In this document: positions 1 through 9,978 of the stretch, piece after piece
Numbering within the stretch: the stretch's first letter is position 1
Layout of the letters: each line of letters starts with the position of its first letter
DNA from: Methylococcus geothermalis
Lineage (GTDB): Bacteria > Pseudomonadota > Gammaproteobacteria > Methylococcales > Methylococcaceae
Length of the DNA stretch: 32,000 bases
Assembly (NCBI RefSeq): GCF_012769535.1
Contig: NZ_CP046565.1
Span: 714,434 to 746,433, forward strand
Direction: 5' to 3'
Notes under the pieces: generated by a model
What the model saw: only the letters and a program-made list of their open reading frames with translations
The model's database searches: none
What the model was told of the DNA's origin: nothing
Program-made: the position numbers and the translations under genes

Positions 1-1183
1 CCACCGTCACCGCGGCCAGGGTGCCGTCAGTGGCATAGACGTAGACGATGTCGCCGTACACCACCGGAGGATACTCGATGGGCTGGTCGCTGATCTGGAC
101 GCGTCCGACGATCCGCCCGTCCTCCTTGTTCAGGACGTGCAGATAGCCTTCGAAGTCGCCGACCACCAGGTAGTCCTTCACCAGGGCGGGCGCGGTCAGG
201 CGGCGCTGGTGCAGCTCGGTCTGCTTCCACTGGTCTTCGCCGTTGCGGATGGCGAGCTGCCAGAGGTCGGCATTGGCGTCGGTGACGTACAGCTCCTTGC
301 GATCGGCCGTCATGCCGGCGGGCGAGGAAATGTTTTCGCGCTTCCAGAGCACCTCGCCAGTGTTGAGCCCCAGCGACGCGGTACCGCCCTGGTAGCCGGA
401 GACGAACACCGAATCGCCCCGCACCACGGCGGTTGCGCTGAGGTCCACCAGCCGTTCGATTTCGGAGCGGCCGTGCGGCAGGGAGACATTGGCCTCCCAG
501 TCCAGTTTGCCCTCCTTGAGTTGGATGGCGCTCACCTTGCCGCCACCGAAGCCGTCGATGACCAGGTCGCCGGCGATGATCGGCGCGCCCCGGCTACGGA
601 CGGCCAGCGGCGGCGCGTGGCGCTCGAAATACCAGAGCGTGGCGCCGGATTTCCGGTCCAGCCCGGTCAGATGGCCGTTCGCGCCGCGGACCACGACCAC
701 GTCGTCCGCGACGGCAGGGACAGAGAGGATTTCGCTGGCGAGAGTCGATTTCCAGACCAGTGCGCCATCGGCCGCGTTCAGCACGATGATCGCGCCCTCG
801 GCGGTGGCCAGGAACAGCTCGCCGTCATCGAACACGGGGCCGGCGGACAGCTCCATTTCATGGTCGACCGACCACAGTTTCTCGCCTGTCAGCCGGCTGA
901 AGGCCTGGACGGTGCCGTGCCGCTCCGCGGCGAAGACCCGGCTGTCGTCCACCGCGGGTCCCAGGTTGATCCTCTGCTCGTCGTAGCCGTCGCCGATTTC
1001 TGCCGTCCAGAGTTTGTCCACCTTAACCTGCGGCGTGATGTCGGCCAGCGGCGCGGGCGGTTCGGCGTTGTCCTTGCCGGTAAAGTAGTCCTGGATTCCT
1101 TGATAGGCATTCTGGATGGCATCCAGCCCGGCGCAGCCGGACAGGGTGGCGAGCGAGGCGATGAGCAGTGCGCGGCGGATCAT
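1..1183 (-). CDS. bamB: Outer membrane protein assembly factor BamB (lipoprotein, beta-propeller); 3' end runs off the window
   Basis: Absent from the ORF track because there is no stop inside the window. Manual translation from ATG 1183 gives MIRRALLIASLATLSGCAGLD (signal peptide plus lipobox), later LVVGDFEGYLHVLNKEDGRIVGRVQI and YGDIVYVYATDGTLAAVTV, typical BamB blades. The ATG overlaps the upstream stop as ATGA (1180-1183). Conserved hisS-yfgM-bamB order. Confidence 0.8.
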   Translation of the reverse strand, partial: MIRRALLIASLATLSGCAGLDAIQNAYQGIQDYFTGKDNAEPPAPLADITPQVKVDKLWTAEIGDGYDEQRINLGPAVDDSRVFAAERHGTVQAFSRLTGEKLWSVDHEMELSAGPVFDDGELFLATAEGAIIVLNAADGALVWKSTLASEILSVPAVADDVVVVRGANGHLTGLDRKSGATLWYFERHAPPLAVRSRGAPIIAGDLVIDGFGGGKVSAIQLKEGKLDWEANVSLPHGRSEIERLVDLSATAVVRGDSVFVSGYQGGTASLGLNTGEVLWKRENISSPAGMTADRKELYVTDANADLWQLAIRNGEDQWKQTELHQRRLTAPALVKDYLVVGDFEGYLHVLNKEDGRIVGRVQISDQPIEYPPVVYGDIVYVYATDGTLAAVTV

Positions 1184-1818
1184 CGGGTGGCGGTCGTCCC
1201 GAGGTCGGTCAGCTTGAGTTCGAGCAAGGGGGAGGGCTGGCTTTCCCGGCGCGCCTTCAGGTAGGCGGCGCGGGCTTCCTCCGGGCGGTTCATGGCAATG
1301 TAGATGTCGCCCTTCAGCTCCTCGGAGAGCGCGGCGAATTCGGGGCTACCCTTGCCCGATATGCTCTCCGCCAGCTTGAGCGCTGCCTCGGTTTCCCCGA
1401 GCCCGAGTTGGACTTCGGCCAGCCGGAGCCGGGCGATCTGCACGATCTTCTCGTCCTTGCTGTCCGCGATCACCTGTTGCAGCAGCGTCTTGGCGCCGGC
1501 GAGGTCGTCTGCCTCGACCTTGAGCCGCACCAGGAACAGCTTGCCGTAAGTGGCATAGGCGGAACCGGGGAACTGCTTGTCGATGCGCTCGCCCAACTGG
1601 ACGGCGGCGTCGGTCTGCTTGTTCGCCACCGCATCGAGGAGCTGCTGATACAGCGTTCCGGCCAGCAGGGACTTTTCGTCCTGGGCGCGCTTCCATGCGC
1701 CCCAGCCGACGATCACCGCGATGCCCAGCGCTATGCCCCAGACGACGGAACTGGCATTGGCTTTCCACCAGCGCTTGAGCGCTTCGAGGCGCTCTTCTTC
1801 GGTCAGATAAACTTCCAT
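1180..1818 (-). CDS. yfgM: YfgM-family membrane-anchored TPR-like protein
   Basis: Internal ATG at 1818 of ORF 1180..2022. N-terminus MEVYLTEEERLEALKRWWKANASSVVWGIALGIAVIVGW resembles YfgM (acidic start, then a single TM). Sits between hisS and bamB. The upstream extension would overlap hisS. Confidence 0.75.
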   Translation of the reverse strand: MEVYLTEEERLEALKRWWKANASSVVWGIALGIAVIVGWGAWKRAQDEKSLLAGTLYQQLLDAVANKQTDAAVQLGERIDKQFPGSAYATYGKLFLVRLKVEADDLAGAKTLLQQVIADSKDEKIVQIARLRLAEVQLGLGETEAALKLAESISGKGSPEFAALSEELKGDIYIAMNRPEEARAAYLKARRESQPSPLLELKLTDLGTTATR

Positions 1819-1829
1819 GGCAACCTCGA

Positions 1830-3098
1830 TCAGATATGGACACAGGATTGGATGAGCCGGACCAGATCGGCCTGCGCGACCGTTTGCTGGACACCGTCCG
1901 ACCGCAGCGGTTTCAGGCTGATGCAGTCGTCCCGCATTTCGTCCTCGCCCAGAATCAGGGCGAAGGCCGCCTCGCTTTTGTCGGCGCGCTTGAACTGGTT
2001 CTTGAAGCTGCCGCCGCCGCAATTGAGCACCAGTCGGAGGCCGGGAAACGCGTCCCTGAGCATTTCCGCCAGCACGGCGCTGCGCCGCTCGGCGGCCGGC
2101 CCCACCCCGATGAAATAGATATGCGGGGCGGTGTCGACGGTCGCTTCGCCGGTCAGCTCGATCAGCCGCTCCAGCCCTAAGGCGAAGCCGATGGCGGTGG
2201 ATTCGCGGCCGCCGAGCTGGGCCACCAGGCCGTCATAGCGGCCGCCGGCGCAGACGGTACCCTGGGTGCCCAGTTCCTCGGTCACCCATTCGAACACCGT
2301 GTTGCAGTAATAATCCAGGCCTCGCACCAGGCGCGGGTTGATGACATAAGGTATCTCGGCGGCATCGAGCAGCGCGGTCAGCCCCGCGAAGTGCGCGCGT
2401 GAAACTTCGCCCAGATAGTCCGCCAGTACCGGCGCTCCGGCGAGCAGGTCCTTCATCTCGGGATTCTTGCTGTCGAGGATGCGCAATGGATTGGTCTCCA
2501 GGCGCCGCATGCTGTCGGCGTCCAGTGCATCGTAATGCTCGCGCAGATAATCGACGAGAATCTGCCGGTAGGCCAGCCGTTCGTCCGGGGTACCTAGGGA
2601 ATTCAGTTCCAGCCGCAGCTTGTGGGCGACACCTAAACGCTGCCAGAGCCTGCGGCTCAAGAAAATCAGTTCCGCGTCGATGTCGGGTCCGGGTAGCCCG
2701 AAGACCTCGACGCCGACCTGGTGAAACTGGCGGTAACGCCCCTTTTGCGGGCGTTCGTGGCGGAACATGGGGCCGGCATACCACAGCCGATGGATCTGGT
2801 TGTGCAGCAGGCCGTGCTCGAGGCAGGCGCGGAGGCACCCCGCGGTGCCTTCGGGGCGCAGCGTCAGCGAATCGCCATTGCGGTCCTCGAAAACGTACAT
2901 CTCCTTTTCGACGATATCGGTGACTTCGCCGATGGAGCGCTTGAACAGCTCGGTCCTCTCCACGATGGGCAGCCGGATTTCCCGGTAGCCGTAGCTGGCC
3001 ATGACGCTGCGTACCTGGTGCTCGACATGCTGCCAGCGCGGAGTGAGTTCCGGCAGGATGTCGTGCATGCCGCGGATGGCTTGGATCTTTTCGCTCAT
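1830..3098 (-). CDS. hisS: Histidine--tRNA ligase
   Basis: 422 aa. [16 protein letters not shown] start; class II motifs [24 protein letters not shown] and [10 protein letters not shown]. Confidence 0.95.
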   Translation of the reverse strand: MSEKIQAIRGMHDILPELTPRWQHVEHQVRSVMASYGYREIRLPIVERTELFKRSIGEVTDIVEKEMYVFEDRNGDSLTLRPEGTAGCLRACLEHGLLHNQIHRLWYAGPMFRHERPQKGRYRQFHQVGVEVFGLPGPDIDAELIFLSRRLWQRLGVAHKLRLELNSLGTPDERLAYRQILVDYLREHYDALDADSMRRLETNPLRILDSKNPEMKDLLAGAPVLADYLGEVSRAHFAGLTALLDAAEIPYVINPRLVRGLDYYCNTVFEWVTEELGTQGTVCAGGRYDGLVAQLGGRESTAIGFALGLERLIELTGEATVDTAPHIYFIGVGPAAERRSAVLAEMLRDAFPGLRLVLNCGGGSFKNQFKRADKSEAAFALILGEDEMRDDCISLKPLRSDGVQQTVAQADLVRLIQSCVHI

Positions 3099-3131
3099 TG
3101 AGTCGGTCTGTCTATCGATGGGGGAGCGCCG

Positions 3132-3899
3132 TCAGTGCTTGCCGAACAGCCGACGTGCCTGCACCGCTTCGGCCGAATCCGGAAATGCCTCGCCGAGCCG
3201 GTCGGCCAGACGCCGCGCTTCGCCGACATTGCCCAGGGCAAGCTCGGTCTGGGCGCCGAGCCACTGGGTTTCCGGCGTCTCTCCGGCGATGGCCTGGTAG
3301 CGCTGCAGGAAGGCGCGCGTGGACAGGTATTGTCGCGCCTCCAGGCTGACGTGGGCCATTTCCAGCAGCGCCGGCGGGTAGTTCGGATTCTTGTCCAGCG
3401 CCTGGCGCAAATAGGCCTCGGCTTCCGCGGTCCGGCCCGCACGGCGCAGGCAGGCACCGGCATTGGACAGCGGGATCCACGGCTGAGGATACAGCGGGGT
3501 CGAGTACGCGACTTCGAACTTCTCCATCGCGTCCTGCGGGTGTCCGGTGTTGCAGAGAAACCGCCCATAATTGTTGAAGGCGCTGTAATTCGCCGGATTC
3601 AAGGACAATGCCTCGCGGAAATGCTTGTCGGCTTCCTCGGTCTTGCCCAGCTTTTCGTACAGGATGGCCAGCGCATCGTGCGCATCGCTGTTGGCGGGGT
3701 CCAGCTCCACCGCATGCGTCAGGTCTTCCAGCGCGACCTCCAGAGCTCCCCGCTCCATGTAGCGGACACCTTTCTGGACATAGAGGTCAGCGGCGCCGAG
3801 TTCGCCATAGGGATCGTTGGCCGCGTGCGGCCTCTGTTCCGGCGTCGTGCAGGCGGCAACGGTTCCCAGCAACGCGCTCAAAGCCAGCCATCCTTTCAT
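3132..3899 (-). CDS. pilW: Type IV pilus biogenesis/stability TPR lipoprotein (PilW/PilF type)
   Basis: ATG 3899 inside the long ORF 3132..4874. MKGWLALSALLGTVAAC lipobox, then TPR repeats (AHDALAILYEKLGKTEEADKHFREALSLNPANYSAFNNYG). Lies between rlmN and hisS, as pilF does in pseudomonads. Confidence 0.75.
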   Translation of the reverse strand: MKGWLALSALLGTVAACTTPEQRPHAANDPYGELGAADLYVQKGVRYMERGALEVALEDLTHAVELDPANSDAHDALAILYEKLGKTEEADKHFREALSLNPANYSAFNNYGRFLCNTGHPQDAMEKFEVAYSTPLYPQPWIPLSNAGACLRRAGRTAEAEAYLRQALDKNPNYPPALLEMAHVSLEARQYLSTRAFLQRYQAIAGETPETQWLGAQTELALGNVGEARRLADRLGEAFPDSAEAVQARRLFGKH

Positions 3900-3901
3900 C
3901 G

Positions 3902-5002
3902 TCAAAGCGCGGTAGGCAGGCGGAACTGGCGCCGGCTGCGGTCGTTGACCCTGCCCACCAATTGGCCGCAGGCCGCGTCGATGTCCCCGCCCCGGGTCTT
4001 GCGGGTGGTGGTGATGAGTCCGGCATCCTGGAGGATCTGGGCGAAGCGGGCGATGGTTTCCGGGCGCGAGCAGCGGTACGCCGAGTTCGGGAACGGATTG
4101 AACGGGATCAGGTTCACCTTGGAGGGTACATGACTCAGCAATCGAACCAGGGCTCGGGCATGTTCTGGAGCATCGTTCACCCCCTCCAGCATGACGTATT
4201 CGAAGGTAACCTTGCGGCGGTTTTCCGTGCCGACATAGCGCTTGCAGGCGGCCAGCAGTTCCCTGATCGGATATTTGCGGTTGATGGGCACCAGTTCGTT
4301 GCGCAGCTCGTCGTGGGGGGCGTGCAGCGATACCGCCAGGCTGATGTCGCTGACCTCGGCCAGCCGGTCCAGCGCCGGCACGATGCCCGAAGTGCTGAGC
4401 GTGACCCGCCGTTTCGACAGGCCGTAGGTGAAATCGTCCATCATCAAGCGGGTCGCGGCGACGACGTTGCCGAAATTGAGCAAGGGCTCGCCCATGCCCA
4501 TCAGCACCACGTTGCTGATGCGCTGTTCCTCGCCGAGGCGGTGCTGCGCCACCCAGAGCTGGCCGATGATCTCGGCGGTGGTCAGGTTCCGGTTGAATCC
4601 CTGGCGTGCGGTGGAGCAGAACGAGCACTCGAGCGAGCAGCCGACCTGCGAGGACACGCACAGGGTATTGCGCCCCTCGTCGGGAATCAGCACGGTCTCC
4701 ACACGGTTGACGGCATCCACCTGCAGCACCCACTTGCGGGTGCCGTCGGCCGAGCGCTGCTCGAGCACCAGCTCGGGCGGCCGGATTTCGCTCACGGCTT
4801 CGAGCCGGCTGCGCAGCGCCTTGCTCAGGTTGGTCATCAGCGAAAAATCGGTGACGCCGCGCTGGTGGATCCATTGCAGCAGCTGCGAAGCGCGGAACGG
4901 CTTCTCGCCGATGCGGACAAAGAAGGCTTCCATGCCCTCCCGGTCCAGATCGAGCAGATTGATGCGCGCTCCCGCCTCAGCGGATGCGGGGGCAGATTTC
5001 AT
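3902..5002 (-). CDS. rlmN: 23S rRNA/tRNA adenine-C2 methyltransferase RlmN (radical SAM)
   Basis: ATG 5002 ([28 protein letters not shown] aligns with the E. coli RlmN N-terminus). CSLECSFC radical-SAM motif and GMGEPLLN. Overlaps the ndk 3' end by 26 nt. Confidence 0.9.
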   Translation of the reverse strand: MKSAPASAEAGARINLLDLDREGMEAFFVRIGEKPFRASQLLQWIHQRGVTDFSLMTNLSKALRSRLEAVSEIRPPELVLEQRSADGTRKWVLQVDAVNRVETVLIPDEGRNTLCVSSQVGCSLECSFCSTARQGFNRNLTTAEIIGQLWVAQHRLGEEQRISNVVLMGMGEPLLNFGNVVAATRLMMDDFTYGLSKRRVTLSTSGIVPALDRLAEVSDISLAVSLHAPHDELRNELVPINRKYPIRELLAACKRYVGTENRRKVTFEYVMLEGVNDAPEHARALVRLLSHVPSKVNLIPFNPFPNSAYRCSRPETIARFAQILQDAGLITTTRKTRGGDIDAACGQLVGRVNDRSRRQFRLPTAL

Positions 5003-5408
5003 CGCTCTTGAAGAAATAGGCGATCTCCTGGGCCGCGGTTTCCGGCGCGTCGGAGCCGTGGACCGCGTTCTCGTCGATGCTGACGGCGAAGTCCGCGCGG
5101 ATGGTGCCGGGAGCCGCATCTTTCGGATTGGTGGCGCCCATCAGGTCGCGGTTCTTGGCGACGGCGTTCTCGCCTTCCAGCACCTGGATCATGACCGGGC
5201 CGCTGATCATGAAGGACACCAGGTCGTTGAAGAACGGGCGCTCCCGGTGCACGGCGTAGAAGCCTTCGGCCTGCTCGCGGGAGAGCTGGACCATTTTCGC
5301 AGCCACGATCCTGAGACCGGCCTTCTCGAAGCGGGTATAAATCTCGCCGATGACGTTCTTGGCGACCGCGTCAGGCTTGATGATGGATAAAGTGCGTTCT
5401 ACCGCCAT
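4977..5408 (-). CDS. ndk: Nucleoside diphosphate kinase
   Basis: 143 aa. [15 protein letters not shown], active-site [13 protein letters not shown] Shine-Dalgarno (SD) sequence upstream of ATG 5408. Confidence 0.95.
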   Translation of the reverse strand: MAVERTLSIIKPDAVAKNVIGEIYTRFEKAGLRIVAAKMVQLSREQAEGFYAVHRERPFFNDLVSFMISGPVMIQVLEGENAVAKNRDLMGATNPKDAAPGTIRADFAVSIDENAVHGSDAPETAAQEIAYFFKSDEICPRIR

Positions 5409-5558
5409 GGAATCTCCTTGCGTCTTGGTGTTGGCTGAATCGTTGAAGGGGCTGTTGGCCGTCCATCCCGGCGATACCGCCGGGGATGGAAAAAATCCCT
5501 TGATTTTAACGGATTATTGCAAGCTTTTGGAAGTTGTCCGGGATTTCGCGTGGGCGGC

Positions 5559-5882
5559 TCACACCGCGAAGCTCTCGCCGCAGCCGCAGCTCGCGGTAGC
5601 CTTGGGGTTGTGGAAGCGGAAGGCGTCGTTGAGCCCTTCCCGGGCGTAGTCGACTTCGACGCCGTCGAGATAGGCCAGATCGGTGGTCTTGACCACGATC
5701 TTGACGCCGTGCTGCTCGAATACCGAATCGTCGGCGGTGATCTCCTCGGCGTAATCTACGACATAGGCGTAGCCCGAACATCCCGCCTGCTTGACGCTCA
5801 GCCGCAGGCCCACGCCGCGCCCGCGGCGTTCGAGTTGTCTGGCGATCTGTGTGGCGGCGTTTTCGGTCACTGTAACGGCCAT
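5559..5882 (-). CDS. iscA: A-type iron-sulfur cluster carrier (IscA/HesB family)
   Basis: 107 aa. Cys in QAGCSGY plus C-terminal CGCGESF. GAGGA SD. Immediately downstream of the cysteine desulfurase. Confidence 0.85.
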   Translation of the reverse strand: MAVTVTENAATQIARQLERRGRGVGLRLSVKQAGCSGYAYVVDYAEEITADDSVFEQHGVKIVVKTTDLAYLDGVEVDYAREGLNDAFRFHNPKATASCGCGESFAV

Positions 5883-5912
5883 GGTGGTGTCCTCGAGAGA
5901 AGAGTTTGAGAT

Positions 5913-7040
5913 TCAGGGGCCCGGCTCGACCCCGGTGATTCGACCGAGCGAGGCGAGCAATTGTTCCGCCTCCGCCTCGGTGTTGTCCCTGCCCAGGCTG
6001 ATTCGCACCGCGCCGGCCGCCAGGGCCGGATCGACGCCCATGGCGAGTAGCACGGGGCTGGGTTCGCGCGCTCCGCTGGCGCAGGCGGAGCCGCTGGACA
6101 CCGCCAGACCTTGGCGGTCCAGCAGCATGACCAGGGTTTCGCCGTCATAGCCCGCAATGGCGAATTGCACCGTATTGGGCAGCCGTTCGGCGGCGCGGGC
6201 GAAGACCATGGTGCCGGGCAGGGTTTCGATGCCCCGCTCCAGGATATCCCGCAAGCGGCGGAGCCGACGGCCGTACTCTTCCAGTTCGGCGGCGGCGAGT
6301 TCGGCGGCTTTGCCGAAGCCGACGATCGCGGCGACGTTTTCGGTGCCGCCGCGCAGGCCCTTTTCCTGCTCGCCGCCGTGGATGAGCGGCGTCAGTGGGA
6401 CCGAAGGGTCGACGATCAGGGCGCCGGTTCCCTTGGGGCCGTAAATCTTGTGTCCCGACAGCGACATCAGATGGGCGCCGGTTTGCGCGAAGCTGAGCGG
6501 GATTTTTCCCGCGGCCTGGACGGCGTCGCAATGGAGCCAGGCGCCGTTGTCGCGGGCCACGGCGGCGATGCGGGCGACGTCCTGGATGACGCCGGTCTCG
6601 TTGTTGGCCAGCATGACCGCGACGATATCGGGCGGATTTTGCGCGGTCTCAGCCAGGGCAAAATCTTCGATCATGCCTTGGGCATCCACCGGCAAGGTTC
6701 GGCATTCCCAGCCCTGGCTGCACAAAAATCGCGCAGGCTCCGCAACCGAGGGGTGCTCGGTGGCACCGATGCGGAGGCGGCCGGGTTGCAGACTCCAGGC
6801 CAGGCCCTTGATGGCGAGATTGTTGGCTTCGCTGCCGCCGCTGGTGAACACGACCTGGCTCGGGGCGGCGCCGGCCAGGGCGGCGACTTGGGCTCGGGCG
6901 GTTTCCACCGCGTCGCGGGCGATTCGGCCGGGACGGTGCAGGCTGGAAGGATTGCCGTGGCAGGATTTCAGGTAGGGCAGCATGGCCTCCAGCACCCGCC
7001 CGTCCAGCGGGGTGGTGGCATTGTGATCGAAATAGATCAT
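5913..7040 (-). CDS. iscS: Group I (IscS/NifS-type) cysteine desulfurase, short 375-aa form
   Basis: ATG 7040 ([12 protein letters not shown]). PLP-lysine motif [16 protein letters not shown] and catalytic loop SSGSACAS. The ATG overlaps the iscR stop as ATGA (7037-7040). Confidence 0.85.
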   Translation of the reverse strand: MIYFDHNATTPLDGRVLEAMLPYLKSCHGNPSSLHRPGRIARDAVETARAQVAALAGAAPSQVVFTSGGSEANNLAIKGLAWSLQPGRLRIGATEHPSVAEPARFLCSQGWECRTLPVDAQGMIEDFALAETAQNPPDIVAVMLANNETGVIQDVARIAAVARDNGAWLHCDAVQAAGKIPLSFAQTGAHLMSLSGHKIYGPKGTGALIVDPSVPLTPLIHGGEQEKGLRGGTENVAAIVGFGKAAELAAAELEEYGRRLRRLRDILERGIETLPGTMVFARAAERLPNTVQFAIAGYDGETLVMLLDRQGLAVSSGSACASGAREPSPVLLAMGVDPALAAGAVRISLGRDNTEAEAEQLLASLGRITGVEPGP

Positions 7041-7525
7041 CCGGTCTTGGCCGGCTCCTGCCCCATCAGGAGTTCGACACGCCGCAGGCTCTGGCGGTCC
7101 TGGCGCTCGGCGACCTGCCGTACCGGTTGCCGGCTCAGCACTTCGCCGAGGCTGATGGAAGCCAGGTATTCGCGGATCTGCTCGCTCAGGCCCATCCACA
7201 GGTCGTGGGTGAGGCAGGGCTGGTTGTTCTGGCAGTTCGCCTTCCCGCCGCAGCGGGTGGAATCGATCGGTTCATCCACGGCGGCGATGATTTCCGCGAT
7301 GTTGATTTCGTCCGCGCAGCGGCTGAGCTGGTAGCCGCCGCCGGGGCCGCGCACGCCTTCCACCATGCCCGCCCGGCGCAGACGGGCGAACAGTTGTTCG
7401 AGATAGGACAAGGATATATTCTGCCGCTTGGCGATATCGGTCAGCGTGACCGGATTCGTTTCGCTGTGATAAGCGAGATCCAGCATGGCGGTGACCGCAT
7501 AGCGGCCCTTCGTCGTCAGTCGCAC
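7037..7525 (-). CDS. iscR: Fe-S cluster assembly transcriptional regulator IscR (Rrf2 family)
   Basis: 162 aa with a GTG start (plus strand cac at 7523-7525) and [25 protein letters not shown]. Cluster ligands at C92/C98/C104/H107, exactly as in E. coli IscR. Confidence 0.9.
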   Translation of the reverse strand: MRLTTKGRYAVTAMLDLAYHSETNPVTLTDIAKRQNISLSYLEQLFARLRRAGMVEGVRGPGGGYQLSRCADEINIAEIIAAVDEPIDSTRCGGKANCQNNQPCLTHDLWMGLSEQIREYLASISLGEVLSRQPVRQVAERQDRQSLRRVELLMGQEPAKTG

Positions 7526-7589
7526 GACACTTTTCCTCCCCAGTTAACGAAATTTCAGGATTCAGCCGATCAAACGACGGTGGCTAGAT

Positions 7590-7614
7590 ATGCCCGAGCG
7601 ATTTAGTAAATTAT
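7590..7614 (-). promoter_or_regulatory. Candidate type-1 IscR operator upstream of iscR
   Basis: ATGCCCGAGCGATTTAGTAAATTAT matches the remembered type-1 consensus ATASYYGACTRWWWYAGTCRRSTAT at 20 of 25 positions by my hand alignment. Lies 65-90 nt upstream of the GTG start in an AT-richer patch. Confidence 0.35.
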
Positions 7615-7810
7615 TCTGTGGTTTTTCCATGCTCAATTCAACCGATCCGGGTGTCGGCTCGAAAGTTTTTTCCGCGGGAGGGTCCTGTGAAGGCCGCGCG
7701 GATCGGCGGGGCGTCTTTTCTGGGGTCGCGTGTGCGTTTCCACGTAGACAGTTTCAGCCGTTAATTGGACAATCGGAACCGGGATTCACCAAGTGAGGGA
7801 AGCGGAGAAA

Positions 7811-8395
7811 ATGCCGATGGCCGATCATGACCACGCATCCGAGCTGCGGCACGGCGCAGCCGGGAGGAAGGCGGCTGCGATTGTTTTCATTGTCGGCATC
7901 ACGGCGCTCATCGTGGCGTTGGATCGATTCGGCGTGTTTGGCCCTGGCCATGAGGGGGGCGGGGAGGGGGTCGAACAGGAACAGGCTGCGGGGGACACCG
8001 GCGCCGTGCCGCAGCCGTCCGTGGGGGTGGACGAGGAAGCGCCAGCGGCCGGTGAAGGTAATGAAGCGCTGCTTCCCCTTTCCGTGACCGGCAACTATTC
8101 CGGCAGCGAAATCCGCACCGCTGGTTACAGCGAGGGCATGAGTTTTTCGCTGGAGATGTCTCTGGATCAGCGCGGGCAGGCGGTCTACGGCAATTATTCC
8201 AACAGCGCCGGCGATGCGGGGAATCTGAAAGGCTCGGTGGACAGTGGCGTTTTTTCTGGACGCACGGATTCGCTGATGCTGCCCGGTAATTTCTGCGACT
8301 TCGAGGCCGAGGTGAAGCAGGGCGGTGGGATCATCCAGGGCGAGTTCCGTTGCACGACGGGGGACCGGTCCAGATTCACCCTCAAGCGTCGCTAG
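7811..8395 (+). CDS. Hypothetical membrane-anchored protein
   Basis: The ORF track starts at GTG 7793. ATG 7811 has GAGGGAAGCGGAG just upstream. One predicted TM (AAIVFIVGITALIVAL), an acidic/Gly-rich linker, and a C-terminal domain with a Cys pair (CDFEAEVKQGGGIIQGEFRC). I recognise no family. Confidence 0.5.
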   Translation: MPMADHDHASELRHGAAGRKAAAIVFIVGITALIVALDRFGVFGPGHEGGGEGVEQEQAAGDTGAVPQPSVGVDEEAPAAGEGNEALLPLSVTGNYSGSEIRTAGYSEGMSFSLEMSLDQRGQAVYGNYSNSAGDAGNLKGSVDSGVFSGRTDSLMLPGNFCDFEAEVKQGGGIIQGEFRCTTGDRSRFTLKRR

Positions 8396-8403
8396 CGACG
8401 ACT

Positions 8404-9105
8404 TCATCGCCGGCGGGGCGGAAACAGCCGCGGATTGCGGGCCACAAAGCGCCGTACCAGCCGGTCCGCAATGAGCGAATCGCCGTTCTTGACGTAGTGG
8501 TAGCCCATCCAGGCGGCCAGGAAGGCGCCGCCGGCATCGACGATGAGGTCGGTCATGGTATCGCGCGCAGATTTCTGCATATCGAATCCGAATCCCTGGT
8601 CCATCAGGAATTCGAAAATTTCCCATAAGGCTCCCACTGACATCGAATAACAGAACGCGGTGATGGCGACGTAGAACGGTGCCATTTTCACCCGATGGGT
8701 GGCGTGGAACGCATAGATCAGCAGGAAGCCCAGGAGTCCCATGACCAGCGCGGAAACGCTGTGCAGGAGGATATCCCACCACCAGAAGCGCTCGTAGAAC
8801 ATCGCCACTTCGCCCAGGCCGAAAGCCGCGTACAGGAACAGGCAGGTGATGAAGGTGAATTCCACCGGCAACTGGACCTGGAACTGGCGGGCGATCAAGG
8901 CGGGCAGGAAGGTCAGAGCGAGCACCGCGAGCGAAGTGAAGGCGACCAGCCATTGGGCTTCATGCAGGGCGCCGATGAAGACGCCGAGGATCAAGGCCTG
9001 CAGGACCAGCGACAGCCAGATTTGCAGGCGGTCGGCCCATTCTTCCGGGACGAGCGCGGCGCGCAGGCGCGAGGGTTGGCGGTGGCGCCGGCGTAACGCT
9101 CCCAT
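8404..9105 (-). CDS. Polytopic inner-membrane protein of unknown function
   Basis: 233 aa with 5-6 hydrophobic segments and a conserved-looking motif LWEIFEFLMDQGFGFDMQKSARDTMTDLIVDAGGA. ATG 9105 lies only 3 nt after the ttcA stop, so it is probably co-transcribed. Confidence 0.65.
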   Translation of the reverse strand: MGALRRRHRQPSRLRAALVPEEWADRLQIWLSLVLQALILGVFIGALHEAQWLVAFTSLAVLALTFLPALIARQFQVQLPVEFTFITCLFLYAAFGLGEVAMFYERFWWWDILLHSVSALVMGLLGFLLIYAFHATHRVKMAPFYVAITAFCYSMSVGALWEIFEFLMDQGFGFDMQKSARDTMTDLIVDAGGAFLAAWMGYHYVKNGDSLIADRLVRRFVARNPRLFPPRRR

Positions 9106-9108
9106 GGG

Positions 9109-9978
9109 TCAGACGGAGAGGATGTCCAGGCCAGCGCCGCGCTCGGGTGTCGCGTCGCCGGTATTGCGCAAGGATTCCAGGCCCGCGAAGTCGAACAGCT
9201 TGGCGTCGGCGAGCTGCGATGGGGAGACGTTCTGGAGTGCCGTGAATATCGTTTCCACCCGCCCCGGATGGCGCTTCTCCCAGTCCCGCAGCATGGCTTT
9301 CATGGCTTGACGCTGGAGGTTTTCCTGGGAGCCGCACAGATGGCAAGGGATGACGGGGAAATCGCGGATTCGGGCATATTCGGCGATGTCCTCTTCCTTG
9401 CAATAGGCCAGCGGCCGGATCACGATGTGGCGGCGGTCGTCGCTCAGCAGCTTGGGCGGCATGGCTTTCAGCGTGCCGCCGTAGAACAGGTTCAGGAAGA
9501 AGGTTTCCAGAATATCGTCGCGGTGGTGTCCGAGGGCGATCTTGGTGATGCCGTTGTCGGCCGCATGGCGGTACAGCAGGCCGCGCCGCAGGCGGGAGCA
9601 GAGTCCGCAGGTGGTCTTGCCTTCCGGGATGATGCTCTTGACCACGCTGTAGGTATCCTGTTCGATGATGTGGAACGGGATGCCCCGTTCCGACAGGTAG
9701 TTCGGCAGGACTTCGGCGGGAAATCCCGGCTGCTTCTGGTCCAGGTTGACCGCGATGAGGTCGAAGTTCACCGGCGCGTTGAGCCGCAGTTTGAGCAGGA
9801 TGTCCAGCAGGGTGAAGGAGTCCTTGCCCCCTGACAGGCAGACCATGACGCGGTCCCCGTCCCGGATCATCCCATAGTCGGCGATGGCTTGTCCGACGAG
9901 CCTCCGCAGCCGCTTTTGCAGCTTGTTGAACTCGTAGCGTTCCTTGGCGTAAAGGGAGGCCCCCGCGTTATCCGGCAT
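9109..9978 (-). CDS. ttcA: tRNA 2-thiocytidine(32) synthetase TtcA
   Basis: 289 aa. PP-loop [10 protein letters not shown] and Cys motifs [10 protein letters not shown] and CHLCGSQ. The start overlaps the fabB 3' end by 11 nt. Confidence 0.9.
   Translation of the reverse strand: MPDNAGASLYAKERYEFNKLQKRLRRLVGQAIADYGMIRDGDRVMVCLSGGKDSFTLLDILLKLRLNAPVNFDLIAVNLDQKQPGFPAEVLPNYLSERGIPFHIIEQDTYSVVKSIIPEGKTTCGLCSRLRRGLLYRHAADNGITKIALGHHRDDILETFFLNLFYGGTLKAMPPKLLSDDRRHIVIRPLAYCKEEDIAEYARIRDFPVIPCHLCGSQENLQRQAMKAMLRDWEKRHPGRVETIFTALQNVSPSQLADAKLFDFAGLESLRNTGDATPERGAGLDILSV

Noticed and set aside
137-1264. 375-aa plus-strand ORF (and nested ORF 489..986)
   Set aside because: It is antisense to bamB, whose translation has a clear lipoprotein signal and BamB-like blades. 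The sequence is Arg/Gly/Ala-rich and low-complexity, as expected for shadow ORFs in GC-rich DNA.
3608-5011. 467-aa plus-strand ORF; also the 580-aa extension of ORF 3132..4874
   Set aside because: Both are shadow frames over rlmN and pilW. Only the pilW part (from ATG 3899) and rlmN (3902..5002) show family motifs.
5462-5490. Stem-loop TCCATCCCGGCG-ATAC-CGCCGGGGATGGA between iscA and ndk as a terminator
   Set aside because: On the transcribed (minus) strand the T-run precedes the hairpin rather than following it. On the plus strand it is followed by an A-run. The geometry is not that of a canonical intrinsic terminator, though it may be a leader or promoter-region structure.
6111-7334. 407-aa plus-strand ORF over iscS/iscR
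   Set aside because: It is antisense to two strongly supported genes and carries no motifs.
7754-8953. 399-aa minus-strand ORF spanning two convergent genes
   Set aside because: It runs antisense through the 7811..8395 gene and out of frame through the membrane-protein gene. Its composition is Arg/Pro-rich, typical of a wrong frame.
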